DNA of 20,000 nucleotides, taken from the IMG/VR virus record IMGVR_UViG_3300028564_000919; one strand, 5' to 3'. Each line of letters starts with the position of its first letter. Positions within the stretch are counted from its first letter, which is position 1. The translations under genes and the position numbers were made by a program. The DNA is from an uncultured virus (IMG/VR IMGVR_UViG_3300028564_000919). Its lineage: Duplodnaviria > Heunggongvirae > Uroviricota > Caudoviricetes. A model generated the notes under the pieces. The model was not told where the DNA came from. It made no database searches and saw only the letters and a program-made list of their open reading frames with translations. This document shows positions 1 through 10,800 of this stretch, piece after piece.

Positions 1-2
1 AA

Positions 3-1661
3 GAATTAGGTGTAGAGTATAAGAAGCTTGTATCTTATAATCAGGATATCTATAAGATTTCACACGATTTACAATTAGAGTCAAATATTACATGGAAGCA
101 GTTCTCCCAAATATATAGTGAAGCATATAAGAATGCTCGTTTAATGAATGACCAAATAGGTAAGAGTTTACATACAAGTAAAGAATTGATAGCAACAGTA
201 AGCCAATTATCTAAAGATGGTTGGAAAGATATAGACTCTTCAACATTAGTAAATATCTCTTCATCAGTATTAACACTAACAAGAACATTGGGGGTATTTC
301 CAGCTGAGCTTAATGATACATTTAGACAAGCATATAGACAATTTGGTGATAATACTGATAGATTTATAACTACATTGGGTGATAGATTAAATGCTTTTAG
401 TAAAACCTTTGGTATATCAGTAGGAATGCTTAGCTCAGTAGTAGCTGAAATGTCTGAGGCTACTTCCTTCTTATTAAGAAATAATATGGAAGCACAACTA
501 AAAGCCAATGCAAGTATAATGCAAGCAACAGCGTTAGCTGGAAGAGTAGGCTTAACATCAGGAACATTTATAGCTGATTTAGCGCAAACAGCTCAACTAG
601 GAACTGCTGAGCAGATGGCTAAGATATATCAAGGTGGAGCATTATTACAAGGGTTTAATACTGATGTATTTAGGGAACAATTGAGAGCACAAAATTATGA
701 TGAAGCAATTAAGGGATTATTTGCATCTATTAGTCAAACAATAAATGCAACACAAGAGCCTTATTTAAGAGCAGAGTATATTCAAAGAATTGGTGGAGCA
801 TTTGGATTATCCCAAGATGAGTTATTAAGAATAGCAACACATGGTGATAAATTAGAAGAATATGACCAAGATTTAAAAGACAAATTATTAAAGTCAACAG
901 ATTCAATGTTAGAAGAGTTGAAAGATTATAAAGTAGCTTGGGCTGACCGTTGGGATGCTTGGTTATCTAATACAGGTCTTTCAGAAATTATAGGTAAAAC
1001 ATATAATGAATTGGGACTTTATGGTTTGGGTGATAAATTAACACAGTTGACTAATATTACAAAATTAATATTAGCAGTAATTTCAATGCCTAAATTAAAA
1101 GGCGGAATATTTGGTCAAGATGCTAATGCAATGGGAGTATTACAAAAACTATATGGAGTAGATACTAATAGAGCAGCAATTGGAAAAGGACTAGGGACAG
1201 TAGCAGGATTAGGAATAGCAGCTTATAGTAATTATAAAATAGGTTCTGTCTTATCAAATCCTTATGCTTCTCAAAGTGATAGAGTATCCACAGGAATCGG
1301 GGGGACATTAGCTAGCGCCGGTGGTGGAGCATTAATTGGGGGTAAATTTGGGGGTGTTCCCGGAGCTATAATAGGTGGAGTAATTGGAGCAGGAGTTGGA
1401 ATTGCTAATTCAGTAATTTCAGATAGTAAACGTCAAGAGGCTATAACAGCAATCAATAAAGATATGGAAGAGACTAGATTATCAAGAACAAGACAACAAG
1501 TTGCTTCAACAAACCCTATTATAAATGCAATAGAAGATTTAAAAAATACAATGGTGGAAGTAGTTTATGATAACACAGATAAGACAATTGCAAATGAAAA
1601 TATAAATAGAGCTATAGATATAAATGAAAGAGCAAGATTAGCTATATATAGTGGGAAATAA
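3..1661 (+). CDS. Tape measure-like protein, C-terminal part (5'-truncated by window edge)
   Basis: The frame of ORF 144..1661 is open back to position 3 (ELGVEYKKLVSY...), so the real start lies upstream. Ala/Leu/Gln-rich helical sequence with a Gly-rich hydrophobic block (GGGALIGGKFGGVPGAIIGGVIGAGVG), directly upstream of baseplate genes. Confidence 0.65.
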   Translation, partial: ELGVEYKKLVSYNQDIYKISHDLQLESNITWKQFSQIYSEAYKNARLMNDQIGKSLHTSKELIATVSQLSKDGWKDIDSSTLVNISSSVLTLTRTLGVFPAELNDTFRQAYRQFGDNTDRFITTLGDRLNAFSKTFGISVGMLSSVVAEMSEATSFLLRNNMEAQLKANASIMQATALAGRVGLTSGTFIADLAQTAQLGTAEQMAKIYQGGALLQGFNTDVFREQLRAQNYDEAIKGLFASISQTINATQEPYLRAEYIQRIGGAFGLSQDELLRIATHGDKLEEYDQDLKDKLLKSTDSMLEELKDYKVAWADRWDAWLSNTGLSEIIGKTYNELGLYGLGDKLTQLTNITKLILAVISMPKLKGGIFGQDANAMGVLQKLYGVDTNRAAIGKGLGTVAGLGIAAYSNYKIGSVLSNPYASQSDRVSTGIGGTLASAGGGALIGGKFGGVPGAIIGGVIGAGVGIANSVISDSKRQEAITAINKDMEETRLSRTRQQVASTNPIINAIEDLKNTMVEVVYDNTDKTIANENINRAIDINERARLAIYSGK

Positions 1662-1697
1662 AAATTATTAAGAATTTAAACTATTAAAGGAGAAAGT

Positions 1698-4040
1698 ATG
1701 CCAGAAGAATTAAGAGTAGTAGATAATAAAACTTATATAGAATTAAAGTATGACCAAAGAGATTTGGATAACTTTAAACCTTATTCTTATAATCAAAAGA
1801 AGATTAAGATAAAGAATGAGGACCCCTTTAAAGATGGTATTCTTTTATATTTAGCAAATTTAAACACTATAGAGGATGATGGGATAGGAGGTTCTAGGAA
1901 AACATTTAAAAATGAAATCTCATTACATTTAATGCCAGATTCAATATCAGAGATATATACATATAATGTGGTTTCCCAATCACCATATGCTTCAATGAGA
2001 CCTTATTATTTTTATACATCTGGTAGTGAAAAACAAATTAGTTTTACATTTCAATTACATACAGATATGTTAGATACGATTGGAAGAAAAGAAGGTCATT
2101 ATTTTGGTAGTGATATAATTTATAAGGATTTAGATATTGATTATGGTGGATATAAAGAATTATATACAATGCTTCAAAATTATCCAGTAATTAACATGAT
2201 TCTTAATATGTCAAGACCAATATATAAATATAACAATAATAACCCGGAATTATATGAGCCCTTAGTATATTTCCAATTAGGTAATCAATTTGCAGGAATA
2301 GGTTATTTAAACTCAAGCTTTAAATTTTCAAAACCATATGATGTAGAGACAGGGACATATAAGATGATAACTATTTCAATGACTATAACATATATGGAAG
2401 AATTTGATATTTATAGTCAATATCAAGCTGACTTAATGACAATGGGGGAAAAGGAATCTTGGTATAGGATTTCTTATACTGATGAAAACGTAGGGTATGC
2501 AAATCAGATATCAGAAATTGCTAAGAATTTGGGTGTTATTAAATTAGAGGAAACACCAGAATCAAGATTAAGGGATAGTATGGTTGTTGATAACTTTTTA
2601 ATAAATTATTTTGAAAAAGGTAATGTAGTTCAAAATGTTATGTCATCAGAAAGATTACAAAAACTATTTAATGTAGAAAATATATTAGTTGACTTTGGAC
2701 AATATTCAACAAATAGGTATATGTCGGAAATATTATCAGATTATAAGAACATAATTCAGGATAAAATATTAAATCTAGAGAATTCATTTACTTTAAGTAG
2801 TGAGGATTTACCCGAAAAATATTATTTTATAGATTCAACGGTATCAAATTTTTATTTAGATTTATATAAGTTGATTATAGAATATTTGAATATAATTGCT
2901 GGTTTAATTATTTATGAGGAACCTAGTAAAAGGAAAGAAAGGTTAGAAAAAGTATTGAGTGAATTAAAAATATTAGAAACAAAACTAATAAGTGGAAGTT
3001 CACTGAAGACATATTTATATGATAACCCTAAAACAAGTATTGGTAAGAGGACTTCAAAAAGTGCTATATTTTTAAGACATTCATTAGATAATATAATCTC
3101 ATCGCTAAAAAACCAAATGCTTGGGAAAAAAGTTCAAAATAATATATGTTCAAGGGATAGTCAAATTGAATTAGAGTATACTTTTGATTTGGATAAACTT
3201 AGAAGATTTTACAATTTTATGACAACAACAAAGACAGGGAATTTTTATAAAACTAATCAAGAATTCCTAAATCATATTAAGTTAGAGACTCAAGGACAAG
3301 AGGATAATGTTATTATAATTACTGACTTAAACGGTAGAAAATTTCATTTAGCTTTAGATGAAGATATAGAATTAAAAGTAAATACAAAAAGATTATTATT
3401 TTCTGGTAATATTTCTATATCATCGGACTCTTTAAGGGAATTACAATTTTATGGGGATGATAAATGGGGTTATACAAAATATATAAAAATAAATAGTGCA
3501 TTAAACCATATAAAGATGTTGGTAGGAAAACAAACAACGAATCAAAATAATGAATTATTTTTTATAGATAAAGGTAAATCAAATAAGGTTGATAATCATG
3601 AGTGGACAACAGGATTACCGGGTGAGAAGACAAAGAATATTTGTTTAGCATTATATCTTTTTATTTTAATTGATTATTTTTATTTTGATGAAGAGGATTA
3701 TAATGATTTTCCAGAGGAATTTATATATCAAATTTACGAAGCAGCATATGAAGGAAACTTAAATAAACCGAATTATTTAAATAAAGCATTTAGTAGAAAA
3801 GTTGTTTTAAATGATAGGTGGTTACAATATACTAGTCACAAGGATCTTGATGCTTATTTTTCTTATAGTTATTTGTCAAACGTTAGTAATACAAAATCAG
3901 ATAATCATTATTATTATAGAATTATCTCCGAAGAAGAGCAAAGCGAAGTATTTAATTTAATTCATGATTTAAAAGATAGAATAAATTTAGCTTTACAAAT
4001 TTATACAAATATCTATACAACCGGGGGTATGACATCATAA
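1698..4040 (+). CDS. Tail tube initiator / baseplate tube-fold protein (T4 gp48/gp54- or CIS-tube-like N-terminal domain) with long C-terminal extension
   Basis: AAGGAG RBS before the ATG. N-terminal motifs MPDSISE...PYYFYTSGSEKQISFTFQL...PLVYFQLG fit tube-fold baseplate proteins. Paralogous to the next ORF and follows the tape measure gene. Confidence 0.55.
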   Translation: MPEELRVVDNKTYIELKYDQRDLDNFKPYSYNQKKIKIKNEDPFKDGILLYLANLNTIEDDGIGGSRKTFKNEISLHLMPDSISEIYTYNVVSQSPYASMRPYYFYTSGSEKQISFTFQLHTDMLDTIGRKEGHYFGSDIIYKDLDIDYGGYKELYTMLQNYPVINMILNMSRPIYKYNNNNPELYEPLVYFQLGNQFAGIGYLNSSFKFSKPYDVETGTYKMITISMTITYMEEFDIYSQYQADLMTMGEKESWYRISYTDENVGYANQISEIAKNLGVIKLEETPESRLRDSMVVDNFLINYFEKGNVVQNVMSSERLQKLFNVENILVDFGQYSTNRYMSEILSDYKNIIQDKILNLENSFTLSSEDLPEKYYFIDSTVSNFYLDLYKLIIEYLNIIAGLIIYEEPSKRKERLEKVLSELKILETKLISGSSLKTYLYDNPKTSIGKRTSKSAIFLRHSLDNIISSLKNQMLGKKVQNNICSRDSQIELEYTFDLDKLRRFYNFMTTTKTGNFYKTNQEFLNHIKLETQGQEDNVIIITDLNGRKFHLALDEDIELKVNTKRLLFSGNISISSDSLRELQFYGDDKWGYTKYIKINSALNHIKMLVGKQTTNQNNELFFIDKGKSNKVDNHEWTTGLPGEKTKNICLALYLFILIDYFYFDEEDYNDFPEEFIYQIYEAAYEGNLNKPNYLNKAFSRKVVLNDRWLQYTSHKDLDAYFSYSYLSNVSNTKSDNHYYYRIISEEEQSEVFNLIHDLKDRINLALQIYTNIYTTGGMTS

Positions 4041-4041
4041 T

Positions 4042-5655
4042 ATGGCAAGAATATATTTATTTGAAGTAGAAGATACTAGAGGGAAGATTCAACTAGTAGA
4101 ATATAACACTCAAACAGGATTAACAAAAATAGTTAATAGAACTGGTGAACAAACTATTAACCCTAAAGATGTAGGTATTACTACTGAAATACAAAACCAA
4201 CTTATAGTTAAATATGATATAGAAGATTATTTAAGAAATAATTATTTGAGATATAATAAGATTATAGAATGGGATGATACATGGACTAAATATACACCAT
4301 TGAGTGAAAGACCTAATGCATATAGGGATAGACATAGACTTGATTCAATACCGCTTCAATCAAAGTTAATTCAATCTCTTATTGATAAACAAAATATAGA
4401 TGATAATTTATATATTTATTTCTTAGTTGGATATAAAGATAATAATGGACAATTTCAACCAATCAAAAATTTCTTTAATGAACAAGGGAATATAAACTCT
4501 AAGAGTGGTTCTGGTTCTAATACATTTGATGGGGAAATAATGATACCAATGATACCAGATGAAATGGGGTATAATTATTCAGCTAATTTTTCTTCACAAC
4601 CAGTATTAGGTAGAGTATCCCCATTACATTTTTATAGTAGTGGTAGTAGTGAAGTAGTTTCATTTAGTGTAAAATTGAATGAGGACTTAATAAACTATAA
4701 AGGACATGGTATATATGCTTCTGATAAAGAGTGGATATCATTATCGGACTATGTAGAAAACATAAGAAGAATGTCTTACCCTGTAATTGATATAGATGGT
4801 AGAAAAATATTCCCTGTAGTTTATTTTCAACTAGGTTCTTTTGTTGCAAAGGAATGCCATGTAGAAACAACAGTTTCTTGGGAGAAGCCTATAAGGGACG
4901 GAAAATATACAGTAGTTAATTTGGGGTTCACAGTAACTATAGAAACAGGGAATGAGCAATTATTATCAACATCCGAGAAGTTTGAAATAGGTGGTGAAAT
5001 AGTGGAGGGACTTTCATCTACATATGGTAATATTTATTATGCAGATAAGGTTATAAGTGAGATATATGATATAGAGGGATTAACAATAAATAACCCAAAT
5101 TTATTTGTATCATTAAGACAAACTCAAGAACTAGCAAAATTGGGTATAGAAGCTGATAAAAGGTTTATAGATACAGTTGCTAAGAAGTTAGATAACATTT
5201 TTAGTGCATTTAACACAAAGATGTATGGTTCTGAGTATTCAAGAATAATAACAGAATTAAAAGAGGAAGTAAGAAATCTTGCTAGTGCTAGTAAAAAATT
5301 TGAAGAAACAGCTCAATCACTTACAAGCGAAGGGACTACTATTTATATGAAATATTTAGCTGAAGTAAGTAAAGAGACTAATCCAAATAAGAAAATAAGT
5401 TTTGGTGATTGGTTATTGAAACAGGATATGTCATTTAAAACTGAATCAGGGGTGGAATATCAAGTAACAAAGAATTGGTTATTTGAATTAGACCAACACA
5501 GTATAATGAAGAAGATAGATACTTTATTAGAATATTATACCGATGACCCTGAGAGTAGAAGAAGTAAAGCAGAAATAAGAGAAGAAATATTTCAATTATT
5601 AGCAGATATAATAGAGACATATAAGATGGGGGTTGGGTATTGTGCGAGTAGTTAA
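4042..5655 (+). CDS. Second tail tube initiator / tube-fold baseplate protein (paralog of 1698..4040)
   Basis: Motifs IPDEMGYNYSANFSSQPVLGRVSPLHFYSSGSSEVVSFSVKL...PVVYFQLG align by eye with the preceding ORF. Starts 1 nt after its stop. Confidence 0.55.
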   Translation: MARIYLFEVEDTRGKIQLVEYNTQTGLTKIVNRTGEQTINPKDVGITTEIQNQLIVKYDIEDYLRNNYLRYNKIIEWDDTWTKYTPLSERPNAYRDRHRLDSIPLQSKLIQSLIDKQNIDDNLYIYFLVGYKDNNGQFQPIKNFFNEQGNINSKSGSGSNTFDGEIMIPMIPDEMGYNYSANFSSQPVLGRVSPLHFYSSGSSEVVSFSVKLNEDLINYKGHGIYASDKEWISLSDYVENIRRMSYPVIDIDGRKIFPVVYFQLGSFVAKECHVETTVSWEKPIRDGKYTVVNLGFTVTIETGNEQLLSTSEKFEIGGEIVEGLSSTYGNIYYADKVISEIYDIEGLTINNPNLFVSLRQTQELAKLGIEADKRFIDTVAKKLDNIFSAFNTKMYGSEYSRIITELKEEVRNLASASKKFEETAQSLTSEGTTIYMKYLAEVSKETNPNKKISFGDWLLKQDMSFKTESGVEYQVTKNWLFELDQHSIMKKIDTLLEYYTDDPESRRSKAEIREEIFQLLADIIETYKMGVGYCASS

Positions 5656-6973
5656 TTTTAATTTAATTTTACCAAATAATAAAGTTTTGGATTTAAACAA
5701 CTCAGGGTTAATTCAAGCAAGGTTTAATAAGTATAAGTCAAGTGAAATGATAACTAATACTAATGTATTAACTGACTTGGAGATGAGTTTGTTTGATAAG
5801 ACAGGAACTGATTTATTATTAAAATTACAACAAGAGACTGGTTCATCAAAGCTAAGGTTTAATTATGGTTTTGATATAGAGCTTAGTGATGTATATGAGA
5901 TGACAATAACTAATATAGGAACTGAATATAGCCAAGGCTCAGCAATAGTAACTATAAGTGGAATAGGTAGTCAATATGGTATAAGATTTCCCGCAGAGTA
6001 TTATAAAGAGGGGACATCAATTAAAAGTATTATAAAGAAATTAGCTGATAGGAATGGTTGGTTATTAACAGATGAACCAGATAACCCAAAATTAAAGACA
6101 AAATTTATTGATGATATATATGATACTATTAAATTGCCAGAGCCGTTGATTAAATTAAATACTCAAACTGATATTCAATTTATTACAGAGAAATTAAAAC
6201 CAATCTTGGATGCAACAGCTGTAGAGTTATATTCACAGGATAGGAATTTAGATTTCTTTATAGTAAGTCTCCAAAATATCCCAACTAAGAGTAATACAAG
6301 GCAATTAGCATTAAAGGTTGAAAAGAATGACAAGAGGGCTACAACAAAAAGAATATGGCATTTTACATATGGATTTAGTCCTGATAGTAATATTATAAGA
6401 ATCAACCAACAAATAAACCAATCATTTTTAGTGGACGGTTTAAACTTAGTAATTCCTGCGGCAGAGGGGGAAGCTTTAATATCACAATTAAAAGATAAAT
6501 ACGGAAATTTATATCAATCAAAATATAAAGAAAGAGTAGATAGTATTATATATTCAAAGAAGGATATAATTAGTAAATGGTTGAAAGAATTAAATTTACC
6601 AGTATTAGATATAGAGCAATTTCAAATTAACTATCAATTTGTAGACGTAGATAGTTTAGGTAATAAAACTTTAGAGCAGATAGTATTAGACCAATTACAA
6701 AATGCATTAAGTATTGTTAATACTTTACAAATAACAATAATTGGTAACAATAAAATTGAAGGTGGGGATTTGATTGATTTACAAGTAGCGACAAGAATAA
6801 AATCAACTCAAGGGAATAGGAATACATATATATTTAAAAAGAATCCTTATTTAAGTAAACGTTGGAGGATAATAGGAATTACTGAAGACATATCAGTATC
6901 GGGGGGATATACAACAACATTGAACTTAGTAAGTGATGTAAGTTCTAAAGATTTAATGGTAAGAGTTTCCTAG
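5633..6973 (+). CDS. Baseplate hub protein (gp27/gpD/Mu gp44-like)
   Basis: Typical hub C-terminus LQITIIGNNKIEGGDLIDL...LSKRWRIIGITEDISVSGGYTTTLNL. Sits between tube initiators and spike. Start codon uncertain (TTG 5633 or GTG 5642). Confidence 0.7.
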   Translation: MGIVRVVNFNLILPNNKVLDLNNSGLIQARFNKYKSSEMITNTNVLTDLEMSLFDKTGTDLLLKLQQETGSSKLRFNYGFDIELSDVYEMTITNIGTEYSQGSAIVTISGIGSQYGIRFPAEYYKEGTSIKSIIKKLADRNGWLLTDEPDNPKLKTKFIDDIYDTIKLPEPLIKLNTQTDIQFITEKLKPILDATAVELYSQDRNLDFFIVSLQNIPTKSNTRQLALKVEKNDKRATTKRIWHFTYGFSPDSNIIRINQQINQSFLVDGLNLVIPAAEGEALISQLKDKYGNLYQSKYKERVDSIIYSKKDIISKWLKELNLPVLDIEQFQINYQFVDVDSLGNKTLEQIVLDQLQNALSIVNTLQITIIGNNKIEGGDLIDLQVATRIKSTQGNRNTYIFKKNPYLSKRWRIIGITEDISVSGGYTTTLNLVSDVSSKDLMVRVS

Positions 6974-6989
6974 ATTTTTTGAGGAAATA

Positions 6990-7003
6990 TGATATAATAT
7001 AAT
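6990..7003 (+). promoter_or_regulatory. Possible extended -10 promoter (TGnTATAAT) upstream of spike gene
   Basis: TGATATAAT at 6990-6998 with a second overlapping TATAAT at 6998-7003, in a 45-bp intergenic gap ahead of the GGGGGAAG RBS. No convincing -35, and the AT-rich background weakens the match. Confidence 0.35.
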
Positions 7004-7018
7004 ATAGGGGGAAGTAGA

Positions 7019-7450
7019 TTGAATAATAAGATAAGCACTAGCGATATATTTACTGGTTATGTAGTTGAAGTCATAAAAAATAAGGAGGGAAAACCTACAT
7101 TAGAATTGAGAGTAAGAATTCCATCAATTCATAATACTGGGTCTATAAGTAGGATTGAAGATAAGGATTTACCAATAGCAAAACCCCTGTTAATACCAAC
7201 GGCTGCGGTTAATTTAGAGTTATTTGAAGATTTCATTAAGAGTATTACAAAGGTATTTATTATATTTGAAGGGGGAAATTTAAACAAACCATTGTGGTTA
7301 GGGTTTAAAGGTGAGAATGAAATTTTTGGGATGCCAGAAGAAGATGAAATTGATTTATCTAAAATCCCAGAAATTTTCTATGTGACTGAGGAAGATAATT
7401 TAGAAGAAACAAAATATAAAGTTAAATATTTTTATATCATAGAAGAATAA
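7019..7450 (+). CDS. Baseplate spike N-terminal OB-fold protein (gp5/gpV-like), lacking a beta-helix
   Basis: FTGYVVEV...LRVRIPSIH...LPIAKP...VFIIFEGGNLNKPLWLG matches the gp5/VgrG OB-fold pattern (V.V.F..GD...P...G). TTG start with GGGGGAAG RBS, directly after the hub gene. Confidence 0.75.
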   Translation: MNNKISTSDIFTGYVVEVIKNKEGKPTLELRVRIPSIHNTGSISRIEDKDLPIAKPLLIPTAAVNLELFEDFIKSITKVFIIFEGGNLNKPLWLGFKGENEIFGMPEEDEIDLSKIPEIFYVTEEDNLEETKYKVKYFYIIEE

Positions 7451-7462
7451 GGAGAGGAAAGT

Positions 7463-7786
7463 ATGAGTAAAGAATTAAAAAAAGAAGAATTAAAAAATTT
7501 AGAAGTAGTAGAAGACACAGGATTGTGTGATGGGGAAGAAGATTGTGAAGTTGCACCAGACTGGGAAGGAATGTTTAACCGACAAGAGGAGTATATTCAA
7601 GAACTAGAAAAGAAGTTGTTAAATTCTAACAAAGCATTTGATACAGTTTATAGTCTTTTAGTAGAGGTATTAAATCATCAAGATAGTCAACTAAAAGCAA
7701 ACTCTTTAGTATCTAGAGACACTTGGGGTAGACTTGATAATCTTATTAACGATTTACAAATGAAAAATAAAAAACAAAGTTTATAG
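7463..7786 (+). CDS. Hypothetical acidic/coiled-coil protein (107 aa)
   Basis: Strong AAGGAGAGG RBS. Acidic N-terminus (CDGEEDC) followed by heptad-like helices. Confidence 0.6.
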   Translation: MSKELKKEELKNLEVVEDTGLCDGEEDCEVAPDWEGMFNRQEEYIQELEKKLLNSNKAFDTVYSLLVEVLNHQDSQLKANSLVSRDTWGRLDNLINDLQMKNKKQSL

Positions 7787-7830
7787 TTTAGTTATGAGTT
7801 TTTTATAAAAGAAGGGGTAGATAAGAAACA

Positions 7831-10800
7831 ATGAAAATAAAATTCACAACTGAAAGTGGAGTAACTAAATATTTAAAGCTTGGGATATCTAGTGTATTAG
7901 GACTTCAAGATATTTTAGACACGAAGTCAGATACAGACCATATTCATAGTGAGTATGCTTTAACTACCCATAATCACGACACAGTATACTCTAAACTTAC
8001 ACACAACCACGATAGTAGTTATGCAGATATAAGCCATAATCACGACACAGTATATTCCGGGATAGGTCATAATCATTTAATGAGTGAAGTAACAGGGTTA
8101 CAAGCAGCACTTGATAATAAAGCAGCTTCAAACCACAATCACGATACAGTATATGCCGAGATAGGTCATAATCACGATACAGTATATGCGGATATAAGCC
8201 ATAATCATCCAATAAGTGAAGTAACAGGTTTACAAGCAGCACTAGATAATAAAGCAGCTTCCAACCATAATCACGATACAAGTTATGCGGATATAAGCCA
8301 TAATCATCCAATAAGTGAAGTAACAGGGTTACAAGCAGCACTTGATAATAAAGCAGCTTCCAACCATAATCACGATACAAGTTATGCGGATATAAGCCAT
8401 AATCACGATACAAGTTATGCAGATATAGACCATAATCATTCAATAAGTGAAGTAACAGGGTTACAAGCAGCACTTGATAATAAAGCAGCTTCAAACCATA
8501 ATCACGATACAAGTTATGCGGATATAAGCCATAATCACGATACAAGTTATGCAGATATAAACCATAATCATCCAATAAGTGAAGTAACAGGGTTACAAGC
8601 AGCACTTGATAATAAAGCAGCTTCAAACCACAATCATGATACAAGTTATGCAGATATAAGCCACAATCACGATACAAGTTATGCGGATATAAGCCACAAT
8701 CACGATACAAGTTATGCGGATATAAGCCATAATCATCCAATAAGTGAAGTAACAGGTTTACAAGCAGCACTAGATAATAAAGCAGCTTCCAACCATAATC
8801 ACGATACAAGTTATGCGGATATAAGCCATAATCACGATACAAGTTATGCGGATATAAGCCATAATCACGATACAAGTTATGCAGATATAGAACACACACA
8901 CGTAGGAAGCCAAATCTATGTAAAGAGTGAAGAATTAGGAACGACGTTAAATGATTGGACGACATCTATTGAAAACGAGTTAAGCGACCTTGCAGGAATA
9001 AATCATAATCACGATACAACTTACGAACCAATTATAAGCACAAAAGGAACAGCGTTTAATAAAGATTTTGGAACAACTGCTGGAACAATAGCAGAGGGTA
9101 ATCACGTTCATAGTGGAGATTATCATTTAAAACAACCTTTAGGAGTTCCTAGAGTAAACTATGGTGACCCTTTAATAACTGAGATGGCTTTGTTTGATAA
9201 TGAATATACTAATAGAACTGAGTTTTTTCCGATAGATAGATTAAAGATAGAGAAGAATATAACTGGCTATAGTTGGACCGATATTACAACTACTTTTAAT
9301 GAAACTAGAAGAAAACAGTTAGTAGGTGGTGATGTATATTATGGTATAAGCTTTAAAGATGAATGTGACACAACTAAGGTAAGAATTTATTTTGACGCAG
9401 CTGTTGATTATAACCCTTTAAATACCTTAGGTGATTTATATATGGGTTTAGACGCAGGATATCACCAATTTACAGCAAAGATTATAAAGAAGAAAAATGC
9501 TTCTTCAAACTGGGAATATCATACAAATAGTGAAATTCAATTAGCAACAAATGGAGATATTGCACACCTATATTTACCTTTTAGTAGTTTACTATGGCAA
9601 AATAATTATAACAATTATAGATATATAGGTGTAGAGCTAAAGATTTTTTGGGACCATAATTATGGCAGTTGGTCAAGATTTTATATATACAATCTTCAAT
9701 TTTGGGGAGTAGGTGGAGGTGAAGGTAGAAAGAGAACAATATACACAACAGATGAAAATAAGAATGTTAGATTTCCAGGAGATATTTATTCTGCGAATGA
9801 AGTCTATGCAAAAAGTATAGGGGATAGTGGTAAAGAAATACCTTTACTAGAAGGTTTACACCAAGCTACTAATATAATGATGAAAATTGTAACTGGTGGG
9901 GCTTCCCAAACTGGCTATGACTTAACTATAACTACTAAAAAAGAAAGAATTTACTGGGCGGGGGGAAGTTATACAGACTACTATGATAATTTTTATTATA
10001 GGGTTAATGGTAATAGTACTTACACAGCTATTACTTATCCTGTTACTAATCAAGTAATCCCTAACGTTATAATGGTATCGTTTTATTATGATTTAGCTGA
10101 ACCAGGTTATGAGGGTGGTTATCATACTATTACAGGTAATTATACTACTATTGGTGATTACTATTGGCTAGATGGACCAATTTCTATTACTTTCCAAAGC
10201 TCATATCCTTGCTTTGTTAAAGGAACTAAAATCACACTTGCTGATATGACTTATAAAAATGTGGAAGATATTACTTATGATGATGAATTACTTGTTTGGG
10301 ACTTTGATAAAGGGAAATTTACTTCAGCTAAACCTATCTGGATATTAAAACCACAGAAAGCACCAGCTTACAATAAATTAGTATTTAGTGATGGTAGTGA
10401 ATTAAGAACAGTAAATCAACACCGTATCTTTAATGCAGAAGAGGGTAAGTTCACATACCCTATGACAGAAGACACACCTATTGGAACAATTACTTTCAAT
10501 GATAAAGGTGAACTTATAGCTTTAGTTTCAAAAGAAGTAGTTGAGGAAGAAGTAGAATACTATAACATTATTACTGATTACCACATAAACTTATTTGCTT
10601 CATCGATTCTAACTTCTTGTCGTTTATCTAATTTATACCCAATTAAAGATATGAAGTATATAAAAGATGATAGAGAACTACATAGCCCAGAGATATTTAA
10701 TGAAGTTAGTCCTAAATGGGTTAGAGGACTTCGTTTACTAGAACAACCACTTGAAGTTAATAGAGAAAATGCAGTTAAGTTTGATAACTCATTGGTTGAC

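Noticed and set aside
50..508. Minus-strand ORF, and likewise 4664..4870, 5435..5620, 6175..6405 and 18641..18847
   Set aside because: All lie fully antisense to long, well-supported plus-strand genes and show no recognisable motifs.
6966..6987. TTTCCT...AGGAAA hairpin as terminator
   Set aside because: Only a 6-bp AT-rich stem with a long loop and no following U-tract.
7939..8901. Possible CRISPR array or HNH nuclease
   Set aside because: Units are in-frame coding repeats without unique spacers, and the literal HNH tripeptides are not the HNH nuclease fold.
7997..8965. 322-aa minus-strand ORF
   Set aside because: Antisense shadow of the His-rich tandem repeats. The repetition explains the lack of stops and the product is implausible.
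10210..10620. Canonical splicing intein or mobile homing element
   Set aside because: No terminal His-Asn/Gln, no endonuclease domain, and not inserted in a conserved enzyme. Better described as a Hint autoprocessing domain.
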